64,000 nucleotides of DNA from Callorhinchus milii (Eukaryota), in contig NW_024704743.1 of assembly GCF_018977255.1 (NCBI RefSeq), forward strand, positions 10,542,001-10,606,000, given 5' to 3'. Under the pieces are notes generated by a model, which had not been told where the DNA came from, made no database searches, and worked only from the letters and a program-made list of their open reading frames with translations. Position numbers and translations under genes: made by a program. This document shows, in pieces, positions 37,951 to 50,049 of the stretch. Position 1 is the stretch's first letter, and each line of letters opens with the position of its first letter.

Positions 37951-38636
37951 CACACCTCAGCAGAGGTTACAGATGTGATCTTATATAGCTATTCCTCAGC
38001 TCAGTTGATAACACTCTTGCCTCTGCCATCAGAAGATTGTGGGTTCACAAGTTCACTATCAGGTCTAGCACTACAAAACAATGCTGTAAGGGTGTTGCAA
38101 TGTTCTTTGAATGAACTATAAACTTACATCGTGTTTATCTGTTGAGATGAATATTAAAAACCTGTTGCACTGTTCGACAAAGAAAGGAGTTTCTTCCTGT
38201 CTTTTAATCAAAAATCCTTTTGGCTGGCTGTGAGAATTTGGTATGTACGTTGTAGTTGACATGCTTGCCTACAAACACAACATCCTTACACCTGACAGAA
38301 ACTATCTGCAATAAAATCTTTGAGATGTTTTTATTATTAATGCAATTATAATTAACTAGTCACTGAGTAAATTTGTTCAACTGCTTTGATATTTGGTGCA
38401 GAAATGGGCTAAATACTCTGTAATAAACAACTAGTGTGATGGGAATCATTCCGTGAAGAGGGGTTTACTTTCAATATCCTTGTGAAGCCGAAAAAAGTAA
38501 AATCCCATACATCACTGCTAACAGCACGTGCCACAGCTATAACATTGAATTTGTAATATAGATTAAATTGTTCTCATTTGCCATTTTAACAACTAGAAGT
38601 GAAGTGCCACTTGGTATTTTGTCAATAAGTAATGCC

Positions 38637-41600
38637 TACAACAACGATAACAAAATTACATTTATAGAGCACCTTTCGCGTCAGGAGGACATCCCAAAGC
38701 GCTGACCAGTCAGGTGTCGGGGCCCGAGCTTGGGGGAGGGGTGGTGTAGGGGTGAGGGAAGATAGAGAGGTGTGAGGGAGAACAAAGGCACGGTCAAAGA
38801 GAAGGGTCTTGAAACCAGCCTTGAAGGATGCAAGGGAGGAAGTGAGGTGAAGGGACCGTGGGATGGAGTTCCAGAGTGTGGGGGCAGAGAGTCTGAAAGC
38901 CCAGCCACTGATGGTAGGGCAGGTTGGGCGGGAGACATGGAGCAGGCCGGAGACCGCTGAATGGAGGGAGCGGGCATGTTGTTAGGGAGTCAACAGGTCA
39001 GAGAGGGCAAGACCATGGATAGCCTTAAAGATGAGGATGAGGTTTTGAATTCAATCCTCTGGGGGATGGGGAGCCAGTGGATTCAGGCGAGGGTGGGAGT
39101 GATGGGGTCACAGAGCCTGGTGCATGAGAGTACATGAGCTGCAGAGTTTTGGATGATCTGAGGTTTGTGAAGCGAAGAGTTGGGAAGGCCAATGAGGAGG
39201 GAGTTCCCATAATCGAGCCTTGATGTGACAAATGCGTGGGTGAGGGTTTCGGCAGCCTGAGGGGTAAAGCAGTGGCAGAGTCTGGCAATGTTGCAGAGGT
39301 GGTGGTAGGCAGTGCCGGTCATGTCACGGATGTGGGGGAGAAAGGACAGTTCAGTGTCAAACAAGACACCCAGGTTTCTGAGGTTGAGTGAGCAGCCGTG
39401 GAGACTGATGCTGCAGCGACTGAGGTGCGGAGGCGCTGGCGCGAGCCAATCAGGAGGGCCTCAGTTTTGCTGACGTTGAGTTGGAGAAAGTTGACCCTCG
39501 CCCAGGACTTGATGTTGATGTTGGACAGGCAGTCGGTCAGGATGCCTGTAGTCCTGGAGTTCAGGGTGGATGCAGAGAGGTAGAGTTGGGTATCATCTGT
39601 GGAAATTTACCCCAGGGGGTGGAAATTTACCCCGTGTCTGCGGATTGTTAACAAAGGGGAGCATGTAGAGGGTGAAGAGGAGGGGACCAAGGACAGAGCC
39701 CTGAGGAACACCACACGAGATGATGTGGGGGCTGGAGAAAAAGCCGTTTGCCACGATGAAGTGGAGGCGGTGTGAAAGGTAGGACATGAGCCAGTCAAGG
39801 ACAAAACCTTGAAGGTTGAGGTGGAAGGAGAGGCGGTGGAGGAGGATTGAGTGGTCCACGGTGTCAAAGGCAGTGGAGAGGACAAGGAGAATGAGGAGGC
39901 AGAGGGAGCCCTGGTCACACATTGTCAGGATGTGTTTTGTGACCTTGACCAGAGCAGTTTCCATGCTGTGGGTAGCACAGAAACCCGATTGGAGGGGTTC
40001 ATGGAAGGCGTGAGAGGAGAGGAATGAGTGAAGCTGGGAGGCAATGGCTCTCTCAAGGATCTTAGATAGGAAGGGGAGATTCCCTAAGATGACCCAGTAG
40101 CTAGATAGCTGTGATGGGTTAAGGGAAGGTTTCTTCAAGGCTGTTTTTAGGGGTGAAGGAACAGTGCCAGATGACAAAGAAAAGTTGATGATGTCGGCAA
40201 ATAGTGGGGCAAGGAGGTGGAGCTGGGCTTGAAGGAGTGGGGTGGGGATGGGGTCGAGGGAGCAGGTGGTGGGCTTCATGGAGGTTACAGTGGTGAAGAC
40301 AGAGGAGGGGATGACAGGTTCAAAGGTGTGGAAGGAGGGATGAGTAATTGTCAGATGGGTAATTGTGTGGTGTGGGGGTAGGGAGGGTGTGGAAGTTGCG
40401 GGGTGCAGTGGCAGCTGAGTGGATTCCTTCGATTTTGGACTCGAGGAAGTTCAGCATTTCCTCACAGTGAGAGTCAGAGGAAAAAAATTGCAAGGCATGT
40501 CAGGGAGGACAGAGGAGCCGGTTGATGGTGGAGAACAGGAGCCTGGGGTTGCCCTTCGCCTCCAGGATTAAGCTGGAATAGAAGGACGATTTGGCCGAGG
40601 TGAGAGCGGAGCGGTAGGTTTTGATGAGGTCCAGCCAGATGTGGACCGTTAAGCCGGATTTGAGCCAAGTGCATTCGGTAGTCCACACCTGGCCCTTCAG
40701 CGAGCGGAGGTGGCTGTTGAACCAGGGTGAGGATCGGGAATAATAATAATAATCCTTGCATTTGATATAGCACTTTTCACATCTTCTAGACGTCCCAAAG
40801 CGCTTCACAGAATATACTGTAAAGTGAATTGACTGTATATTTGTGGGCAAACGCGGCAGCCAATTGCAGTGTCCCACAAACAGTCGTAGATTGAAAATGA
40901 CCAATTTATTATTGTTTTTTTTTTTTGGAGGGATTATTATTAGGCATGTGGAGTCAGGAAACTTGCCCAAGGTTTCGCCCTGCCTGGAATTGAACTCAGG
41001 TCTCTCGCTTACGAAGCGAGTGCTTTAACCACTGAGCTACAGGACTCCACAATAGAGGCAGTTGGGGAGGTGAGGAGAGCAAGGACATTGAGTGTGGTGG
41101 AGAGGATACTGTGGAGAAGAGTGAGTGCAGCGAGTGGGTTGGGGCGGAAGGTGGGCCAGAAGGGAGGAGTTCAGAACTCCAGGGCAGCAGAGAGGAATTG
41201 TGGGGAGATCTTCTTCCACGGGTGGTAGAAGATGGTGGTAAGTTTGGAGGCAGTGGAGAGAGGGATATGGGAGTTGAGGGAGATGAAATGGTGGTCAGAG
41301 AGGGCCTTGTCAGTGATGGTGACATCCGAGACGCTGAGGTCCGGGTGACCATGGGTGGAGGTAGCAGAGTGGATGTGGAGGGAGAGGTTGAGAGAGGAGA
41401 GGAGAGAGGAGAAGTCTGAGGAGGTGGAGCAGGAGAGGGTGAAGTGGAGGTTGAAGTCACCTAGGATGATGAGGCGGTCGAATCAGAAGCAGAGGGAAGC
41501 AAGGAGTGTGGAGATGTCAGAAATGAAGGTGGGAGAGGATTTTGGGGGGCTGTAAAGTAAGAGAACTTTTAGAGGGAGATGGGAAGGATGGTAGAGGGTA

Positions 41601-42250
41601 AGGTGTTCTAAAGAGGGGAATGAACCAGTGGAGTAGGGGGATAGGACAAGTGATGCCCTGGATATGAGGGCCACACCACTGCCACGACAGTTGGGATGTG
41701 GGGCATGGTGGTAGGTATAGCCGGGTGGTGTGGCCTCAGTGAAGGGGAAGGTGTCATCCGGGGTGATTCAGGTTTCCATGAGGGCCATGATGTCAATGTT
41801 TTCATCGAGGATGAGATCATTAACGGCCAGGGTCTTGTTGGAGATGGAGCAGACATTTTGAAGGCCAATGTGGAATGGACAGTTGGCAGGGGTGTGTGTG
41901 GGATGGGAGTGGGTAGTGGATTGGTAGGGAGGGAGGGTGGAGATGCGGATGAGGGAGGAGAGGTTAGCCCCCGGGGTCAGGGTCCTGGGTGGCTTGCAGT
42001 GGTAGTGGGGAATGGGGCAGTCGGTGTGGCTGCTGCTGGACATCCAACACTGAATGCCGCGATGCGCCCGGTGGAGGATTCCCAGGCTGGAGCAGAGGGA
42101 GGCAGTGTGGGGGGTGGGGAAGCAGGGACAGGAGGCAGGGAGGGCGGAGAGAGAGCAGGACAGAGCGGGAGATTGGCAGGGTGGGGGGCATTTTGAGGGA
42201 GGGCCAACTCGGGTCAGGGGCGGCAGCCAAGATGCGAATGCTGGAACAAG
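38637..42250 (-). mobile_element. L2 LINE, near full length, decayed, with a SINE insertion
   Basis: ORF 39593-40279 (RT), 41768-42043 (LQNV..ENIDIMALMET, APE); 5' leader similar to 35150-35230. Confidence 0.95.
40741..41050 (-). mobile_element. Short-form tRNA-SINE inside L2
   Basis: Full head and (ATT)n tail. Confidence 0.93.
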
Positions 42251-42654
42251 AGGCGGCTGGTTTAGTAGGACATTGTCAGCCTGCAGGAGGCTGTGGGGCT
42301 AGAGGTGGCACAGAGAGGAGAGGGCGCTCATTGTGTTTAGCAATGAGTAGCCTGTAGGGGAAGGATAGGGGAGGGAGACAGACAGACAGAGGGTGGCAGG
42401 GAGGGAGACACATGATAGAGGAGCTGTAATTGAGGTGCTGAGGTTTATCTGGGAGACTGTATGAAAGACGTACAGCATATAGCCCATGAAGACCTACAGG
42501 GATATCCCACTGTAGGGACAACTTGCTGTAGTACCAATGGCAATGAAGTGAACTGACCCTTTAACCAGCCCCTTGGGGCGTCCTCCCGACATGAAAGGTG
42601 CTACACAAATGAAATGTGTTGTTGCTGTTAACTGGTATCATTTAACTTGCTCAG

Positions 42655-43030
42655 TTGTATTCCCTTGAGTTTAGAAGGTTGAGGAGTGATCTGATTGAGG
42701 TATTTAAAATAATAAAGGGATTTGATAGGGTAACTACAGAGAAACTATTTCCTCTGGTGGGGGAATCCAGAACAGGGAGGTATAATTTTAAAATTAGAGT
42801 TAGGCCATTTAGGAGTGAAATCAGGAGGCAATTTGGAGATAAACTGGAACTCTCACCCCCAAAAAGCAGTGGATGCTGGATCCATTGAAATTTTGAAGAT
42901 GGTGGATAGATATTTGTTAGGTAAGGGTATCAAGGTATATGGGGCAAAGGTGGGCAATTGGAGTTTAGGTACAGATCAGACACGATCTAATCGAATGGCT
43001 GAACAGCCTTGAGGGTCTGTGTTCCTGTGT
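42655..43030 (+). mobile_element. CR1 3' end, second family (HER1-like 3' UTR)
   Basis: YSLEFRRLRSDLIEVFKIIKG; gatcagacacgatctaatcgaatggc 3' UTR. Confidence 0.85.
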
Positions 43031-44907
43031 TCACTGATTAAGTGAGTATGAGGGTTTTGAAATCAATCCATTCTGTGATAAGGGACCAATGTAGCCCAGC
43101 AAGGACCGGGGTAATGGAGGTGTACAGTTTGTTTGGTAACACACAGAACACATAATTCACGTTTCCTTATGCTTTTCTTAGCATTAAGGCGGCATGTCCA
43201 CTGCAAATGTCTGAAAATGTTATGTATATAATAAGCGCTTTTTAATTTGAATTCATTTGTATTTTATTTTACAATATCAATATACTTCTTAGAAGCATGG
43301 AATCATAGAAATTTACAGAGCAGAAGGAGGCCATTCTCATTCCATTTTCACCCACAAAATTTACAGTCAATTCACTTTACAGTATATTCTGTGAAGCACT
43401 TTGAGACGTCTCAACGACGCGATAAGGCCCTATCTCAAATGCAAGGATTATTATTATCATCGTCATTATTCTGCGCTTCAAGTCTGCACTGGCTCTTAGA
43501 ACAAGCTGTTCATTCAAACTCACCCACTTCCCTCTCCCCGTATGCCTTCAAGCCTCTATCTTTCGCATGCCGATCTACTTCCCTCTTTACACCCATAATG
43601 GACTCTGCCTCCACCACCTTATTTACGTATTTTATTTATTATTTACGTATGTTGTGAAACAAGGCATTCTGCATCCCAAAAACTCTCTGAGTGAAAACAT
43701 TTCTCCGTGGCACTCCTTGCACTTTTCTTATCTTATATCTATATCCTCTAGTCACTCTCAGATTTTTATTTCATTAGCTCTACATTTCAAGAGTCGTAAT
43801 AAGGATTTTAATGAGTCATGGATGTGTCCTGGTCTACTCTTTGGAAATCCAATTGGATTTTTTTTATATTTCTTTGTCTCTATTTGACTCTTTGGATCTT
43901 GATTTTTTGCTTTTTTGAAGTTGGTATGTGAATGGAGCTTCAGAGGGTCATGCACAAGACACTTGTCCAACAATTCATTATTAATGTCTGGCCTGTAACA
44001 TACAATCCCTAATGGAAATAACAACCTTTACGCTCTAACTGTTCATAAAATTCACAGTGATTGCATACGTACTCAAGAATGTATAGGCTTCCTGTCCTGG
44101 CCTTGTTCCTTCTTCATTTTATTTGGGTTTGCAGGGGAGCTGGCCCCATAATGTCCTTCTATGAAATTAGTGTTTTAAACATGAATGAAGAAAGCACTGC
44201 CTGCCCCCCCTCCTCCCCCATACACAGGCGAACATTTTTCGCAATTTACCAACCATGCTGTTAACTATCAACTACGAATGCTTGACATTATCAGAAATTC
44301 CTGTCTTGCAAGCCAGGAATTCTTGCGTGCAAAACTATCCATCATCTGAAGACAAGGCCATTTAGAGAGCAGTCAGTGTCAGTGATCCGGTTGAATCTGC
44401 AGTAACATTTCCAGTTCAACTTGTTCCAGATGACTGTCTTGTGTAAGGACTCCGGGAATATATTTGAATACTGGTGAATTGGTGAGCTAAGAGATACTGT
44501 ATTTTGTTCAGCAACAACAAATTACATTTGTGTAGCACCTTTTACGTCAGGAAGACGTCCCAACTAGCTGGACAGTCAGGGATCTGCACCCAGATTAAGT
44601 TCTCTGTCAATTGGGGCTAAAAAAAATCCCTAGTTGTCCCATATTGGTCCCACATACCAATTAATCCTCTATTCTGCATTCAGTTTAAACAGAAGACAAT
44701 GGGGCACATTTCATGAAAGAAAAACAGTTTACACGTGTCTCAATATAGTTTCCAAAATGTGTTGCTGTCAGAATGCGACAGAACCAGAACCATGAAACAT
44801 TAAATGTGCACACTTGTTTATAATAATATAATAATATAATAATAATCCTTGCATTTAATATAGCGCTTTATCACTTCTTTGAGATGCCTCAAAGCGCTTC
44901 ACAGAAT

Positions 44908-46635
44908 AACATAACATAACATAATATAACATGTATGAGCAGGAGTAGACTATTCGGCCCTTCGAGCCTGCCCCGCCATTCAATCATGGCTGATCTTCTA
45001 ATCTAAATCCAGCTAATAAGCTAACCCTGCCTTATCCCCATATCCCTTAATCCCTTTTGCAATAAGAAATATATATCTATCTCAGTCTTGAATATGTTCA
45101 AGGACTGAGTGTCAACAGTGGGGTAGTGAGTTCCATAGTGAAGAAGTTCTTCCTTAACTCAGTGCGAAAGGGCTGGTCTCTGATTTTAAGGTTGTAACCC
45201 CTGGTTTTAGTTTCTCCAACTAGGGGAAACAATCTCTCACTATCTACTCTATCATGCCCTTTGATGATCTTATAGGTTTCTATAAGATGCCCTCTAATTC
45301 TTCTATATTCCAGAGAATATAGGCCCAAATTGGTCAGCCTATCCTCGTAACTCATCCCCTTCATCCCTGGTGCTAACCTAGTAAACCTACGCTGCACCCC
45401 CTCCAAGGCAAGTACATCCTTCCTTAAAAAAGGAGACCAAAACTGCACACAGTATTCCAGGTGTGGTCTCACCAGGGTCCTATACAGTTGCAGCAAGACT
45501 TCCCTACTCTTATACTCTAATCCTTTCATAATGAATGCTAACACACCATTCGCCTTCCTAATTGCAGCTGCACCTGTAGACTACCTTTCTGTGATTGGTG
45601 TACAAGGACAGCCAAGTCCCTCTGGACGCTAACACATTCCAATCTCTCCCCTTCTAAAAAATAACCCGCTCTACTGTTTTTGCTACCGAGGTGGATGACT
45701 TCGCACTTCCCTACATTATACTTTATCTGCCACCTGCCTGCCCAATCACCTAACCTATCTATGTCGCGCTGCATTTTTTTAATGTCGTCCTCTGTGTTGA
45801 CACTTCCTCCTTGTTCTGTGTCATCTGTGAATTTAGATATATTAACTTTGATGTCCTCATCTAGATCGTTGATGTAGATGGTAAATAGCTGAGGCCCAAG
45901 GACTGATCCTTGTGGCACTCCACTAGTCACATCCCGCCAATCTGAAAAGATCCGTTTATCCCTACTCTTTGTTTCCTACCCGTTAACCATTCCCCAATCC
46001 ACGTTAATATGCTCCCCCAATTCCGTGGGCCCCTATCTTTTGAACTAATCTTTTATGTGGCACCTTATCGAATGCCTTCTGGAAGTCCAAATAGACCACA
46101 TCCACTGATTCACCCTTATCTAGTTTACTCGAAATATCCTCAAAAAATTCTATGAGATTTGTCAAACATGGCTTTCCTTTTGTCCATCACTTGTCCTATC
46201 CCACTACTCCACTGGTTCATTCCCCTCTTTAGAACACCTTACCCTCTACCATCCCTCCCATCTCCCTCTAAAAGTTCTCTTACTTTACAGCCCCCCAAAA
46301 TCCTCTCCCACCTTCATTTCTGACATCTCCACACTCCTTGCTTCCCTCTGCCTCTGATCCGACCGCCTCATCATCCTAGGTGACTTCAACCTCCACTTCA
46401 CCCTCTCCTGCTCCACCTCCTCAGACTTCTCCTCTCTCCTCTCCTCTCTCAACCTTTCCCTCCACATCCACTCTGCTACCTCCACCCATGTTGACTTGGC
46501 CTAATTATAACGTGCTCCCCTAAATACAGCACTACCACATCCTTAATCAATGATTCTAAAATTTTTCCTATCACTGATATGAGACTAACTGGCCTATAGT
46601 TCCCCATCTTTTCCTTTCCACCTTTTTTAAATAGG
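44908..46635 (-). mobile_element. CR1 LINE (second family), 5'-truncated
   Basis: ORFs 45098-45544 ([15 protein letters not shown]) and 45538-45930 ([17 protein letters not shown]); (TATGT)n tail. Confidence 0.95.
46185..46490 (+). repeat. 306-bp inverted copy of 41350-41655 (L2 APE interior) inserted in CR1
   Basis: About 5 mismatches in 306 bp by manual comparison; near-identical ORFs 41355-41555 and 46285-46485. Confidence 0.93.
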
Positions 46636-48324
46636 TGAAAAAGATTTGAATGTTGGTTTTGTTGACCTTTCGTTCAAGGTTAATTGGTCTGAGGTTTGTT
46701 ATCAACAAAGTTAATCAAGAACACGGATAGAATTTGAGGGCATTAGAAGCCTGAAATTTCTCAATCTTAGCCTTAATTTAATTTGCATTTGATGTCATGC
46801 CGTATCATGTTGAAACACACTTCACAGATGCTTTTGTAAAGTGTAGTCATTGTAATTGTCCACAAATGTTTCAGTCAATCTGCACTCCAAAATGTCCCAC
46901 AAACATCCATGAAGTGAATTACTAATTTGCTTTTATTCAAGGGGATTATGGGTCCTTATGTATAGTGCTTTGAAACATCTTTAAGGTGTGATAAGGCGCT
47001 AAATCAAATGTAAGCATTATTATTATATATTATTATTTGACTGAGAAATCCATGAAACCTAGTTTGTTTGCCAACTGTTATTTTAATAAGAATAATTTAT
47101 TATTTATTATAACTCTTACTTGAAGTACTTAAATTGCCCTGTCATTAAGAAATTATTTCGGGAAATACAGATTACAAGATACAGTAAAAATAGTATTAAT
47201 TCAGGGATAACTGAGCCAAGTATTCACAATGCTCTTTTGGCTGGTTTCTAACGTGACATGTTTGAAACCTTTCAAGACTATGTTACCCGATAGAAGAGTT
47301 TAAAGACTGTTCTTAAATGGTCTGTCTTCAGATGATTAATAGTTTTGAAAGCAAGGTTATTTCCACTTGTTGGTGAGTACAAAACAATGGTTTATAAATA
47401 GTGTTTAGAAGCCTTGGCTGTTTGTGGGAATTGGCTGCTGTGTTCACCCACAAAATACACATAGTTGCATTGCTTTACAGCATATCCTGTGAAGAGTGTT
47501 GGGACGTCTCAATGACTGTGCTTACATTTTATATTAACTGCAAGATATAATATTTCAAACACTTTCGTTTTGTATAGTGTCAGGAGTGTTTGGCTCAAAC
47601 TGTTTCACAGGATAGAGTAAAAGTACAGTCACTCTGTGTTTTGTGGATGAATATAAAAAAGAATTTAGAATGAATCTCTTTAAGCCGAGGATGATGAACA
47701 TCTGGAACTTGCTGCCATAAGGTGTAGTTGAAGCAGAAAACATCAACAATTTTCAGAGGAAATGTGATGTATATGTGAGGGAGAAGGGAAAGTTTTGTAC
47801 TGTAATTTTCAATGTAATTCTATGTAATGTTTTGACCTGCAAAGCTTACACTACATACACTCCCTTCTATAACTCTACATCCATGTGCAGCAACATCTGG
47901 AAAGTGTTCAAAATTTTGAGTGCCAGCACAATTTTAAACCCAGAGTTACATAGTGTGCAGAATTTTATAAACTCCAGGGTTTTCCTTATCTCTGTAATTA
48001 TTGTTGAAGGTGAAGGGTCAACCAGAGTAGAGAATCGTCAGACAGAAATCCCATTCCTGATCACCGTTCAGTCTCCTGTTGGAAACTCATGTGAATTTAA
48101 GATAACCACTGTAAGAATTAAAGGGGGATTGGGAAGGAAAAAAAATCTTGGCACAGAGTTGGAATGTGGAATTCTTTGCTACAAATCATAGTAGAAGCAG
48201 AATTCTTAAATCCTTTCTTTTATAAAAGGATTAGGTAATAATTATTATTGGTCCTTCAAAAAGTAGCTATTTTAGGAAGTTCTAACATAATAAGAAAAGT
48301 TACATCCATTCATATGTTCGGCTC

Positions 48325-48527
48325 TGTAATGTATTGCCTGAAAGGTGGAAGCACATTCGATAACAACGTTTAAGAGAGAAGTAAATAATTATTTGGGGAG
48401 GACAAGTTTGCAGAGCTATGGGGAGAGAATGGGAGAGTGGGATTGATTTGGATAGCTCTTTTGAAAGAGCCAGCACAGTCACGATGGGCCGAATGACCTC
48501 CTTCTATGCTGTATAATTCTATGATTC
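48325..48527 (+). mobile_element. CR1 3' end
   Basis: CR1 3' UTR ending attctatgattct. Confidence 0.88.
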
Positions 48528-48528
48528 T

Positions 48529-49150
48529 TGAAACCCTCACCCATGCATTTGTCACCTCAAGGCTTGATTATGGGAACTCCCTCCTCATCGGCCTTCCCAA
48601 CTCTTCCCTTCACAAGCTGCAGATCATCCAAAACTCTGCAGCTCGTGTACTCGCACGCACCAGGCTCCGTGACCCCATCACTCACACCCTCCCCCGACTC
48701 CACTGGCTCCCCATCCCCCAGAGGATCATGTTCAAGATCCTCGTCCTCACTTTCAAGGCCATCCATGGCCTTGCCCCCTCCTACCTCTCTGACCTGCTGA
48801 CTCCCGACCAACCTGCCCGCTCCCTCTGCTTATCAGGCTCTGGCCTGCTCCACGTCTCCCGCCCGACCCACCCTACCATCGGTGGCCGGGCTTTCAGACT
48901 CTCTGCCCCCACACTCTGGAACTCCATCCCATGGTCCCTTCGCATCGCTTCCTCCCTTGCCTCCTTCAAGGCCGGTCTCAAGACCCTTCTCTTTGACCGT
49001 GCCTTTGGTCTCCCTCCCACCTCTCTGTCTTCCCTCACCCCTACACCACCACTCCCCCATGCTCGGGCCCTGACATCTGACTGTTTAGCGCTTTGGGACG
49101 TCCTCCAGACGTGAAAGGCGCTCTATAAATGTAATTTTGTTGTTGTTGTT
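48529..49150 (+). mobile_element. L2 3' fragment with open ORF2 C-terminus, abutting the CR1 tail
   Basis: ORF 48506-49114; (TTG)n tail. Confidence 0.95.
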
Positions 49151-49656
49151 GATATGTAACAAGGCAGTGTTCCTGGTCTGGTGACCAATCACTGAAAACC
49201 ACTTAGAAACGACTCAAAGCAGGTATTTAAACTGTAATTCTATAATACTGATAATAGTGATACTGATAATACTAATACTACTATTACTAATAATTAAGTT
49301 ATATAGTGTAGTGCAGTGCTGGGGTGTGCTCCTTTGTTGGAGGTATCACCTTTTAGATGAGATATTAAACCAAGGCCCTGTCTGCCTGCTCAGATGAATA
49401 TTAAAGATCCCATAGCACTATTTGAAAAGAGAAGAAAGTTTCTCCCGGTGTCCTAGCCAACAATCCCTTAAACAAAACTCGTCATTCACTTCATGACTGT
49501 TTGTAGAACATTGCTGTGTACAAATTGACTGCCAATTTCACCTACAAAATTCACAGTGAATGCTCTTTACGGTATATCCTGAAAAGCACTTTGAGCACGT
49601 CAAATACAAGGATTCTTAGTGCTGCTACTTGATAAACATCTGAAGAGGGTGAATAT

Positions 49657-50049
49657 TAAAGTCTTTGGTAGGAGTGGGTTTAGATTGGGAATTTAAGGAC
49701 ATTTTAAAAACACCCTAGTTAAATCAGTTACATTCCATAAATTTGTAGGTGACACTAAGTGAACTGTGAAATTAGCAGAGGTATCAAAGGTCTTACAACG
49801 AGCTTGACAGGGAAGCTAGATTGGCTTAAAGTTCAATAATAATAATCCTTGCATTTGATATAGTGCCTTATCACATCTTTGAGATGTCTCAAAGCGCTTC
49901 ACAGAATATACTGTAAAGTGAATTGACTGTACGTTTTGTGGGCAAAACGCAGCAGCCAATTATGCACAGCAGTGACCCAGTCATGGATTGAGTGGCCAAA
50001 TTATTTTTTTTTGAAGGAATTATTACCCCCAGCAAAGCGATCCGCCAAT
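49657..50049 (+). repeat. Local duplication copy A (paralog of 56514-57257); includes part of the minus-strand SINE 49835-50188
   Basis: taaagtctttggtaggagtgggtttagattggg...ttggcttaaagttca colinear in both copies. Confidence 0.9.

Noticed and set aside
39598..39633. Repeated gtggaaatttacccc as paired regulatory sites
   Set aside because: Small tandem duplication within decayed L2 RT sequence
47775..48191. 138-aa ORF (also 52633-53172 and 52680-52958)
   Set aside because: No recognisable domain, non-ATG starts, and partial overlap with CR1/SINE remnants
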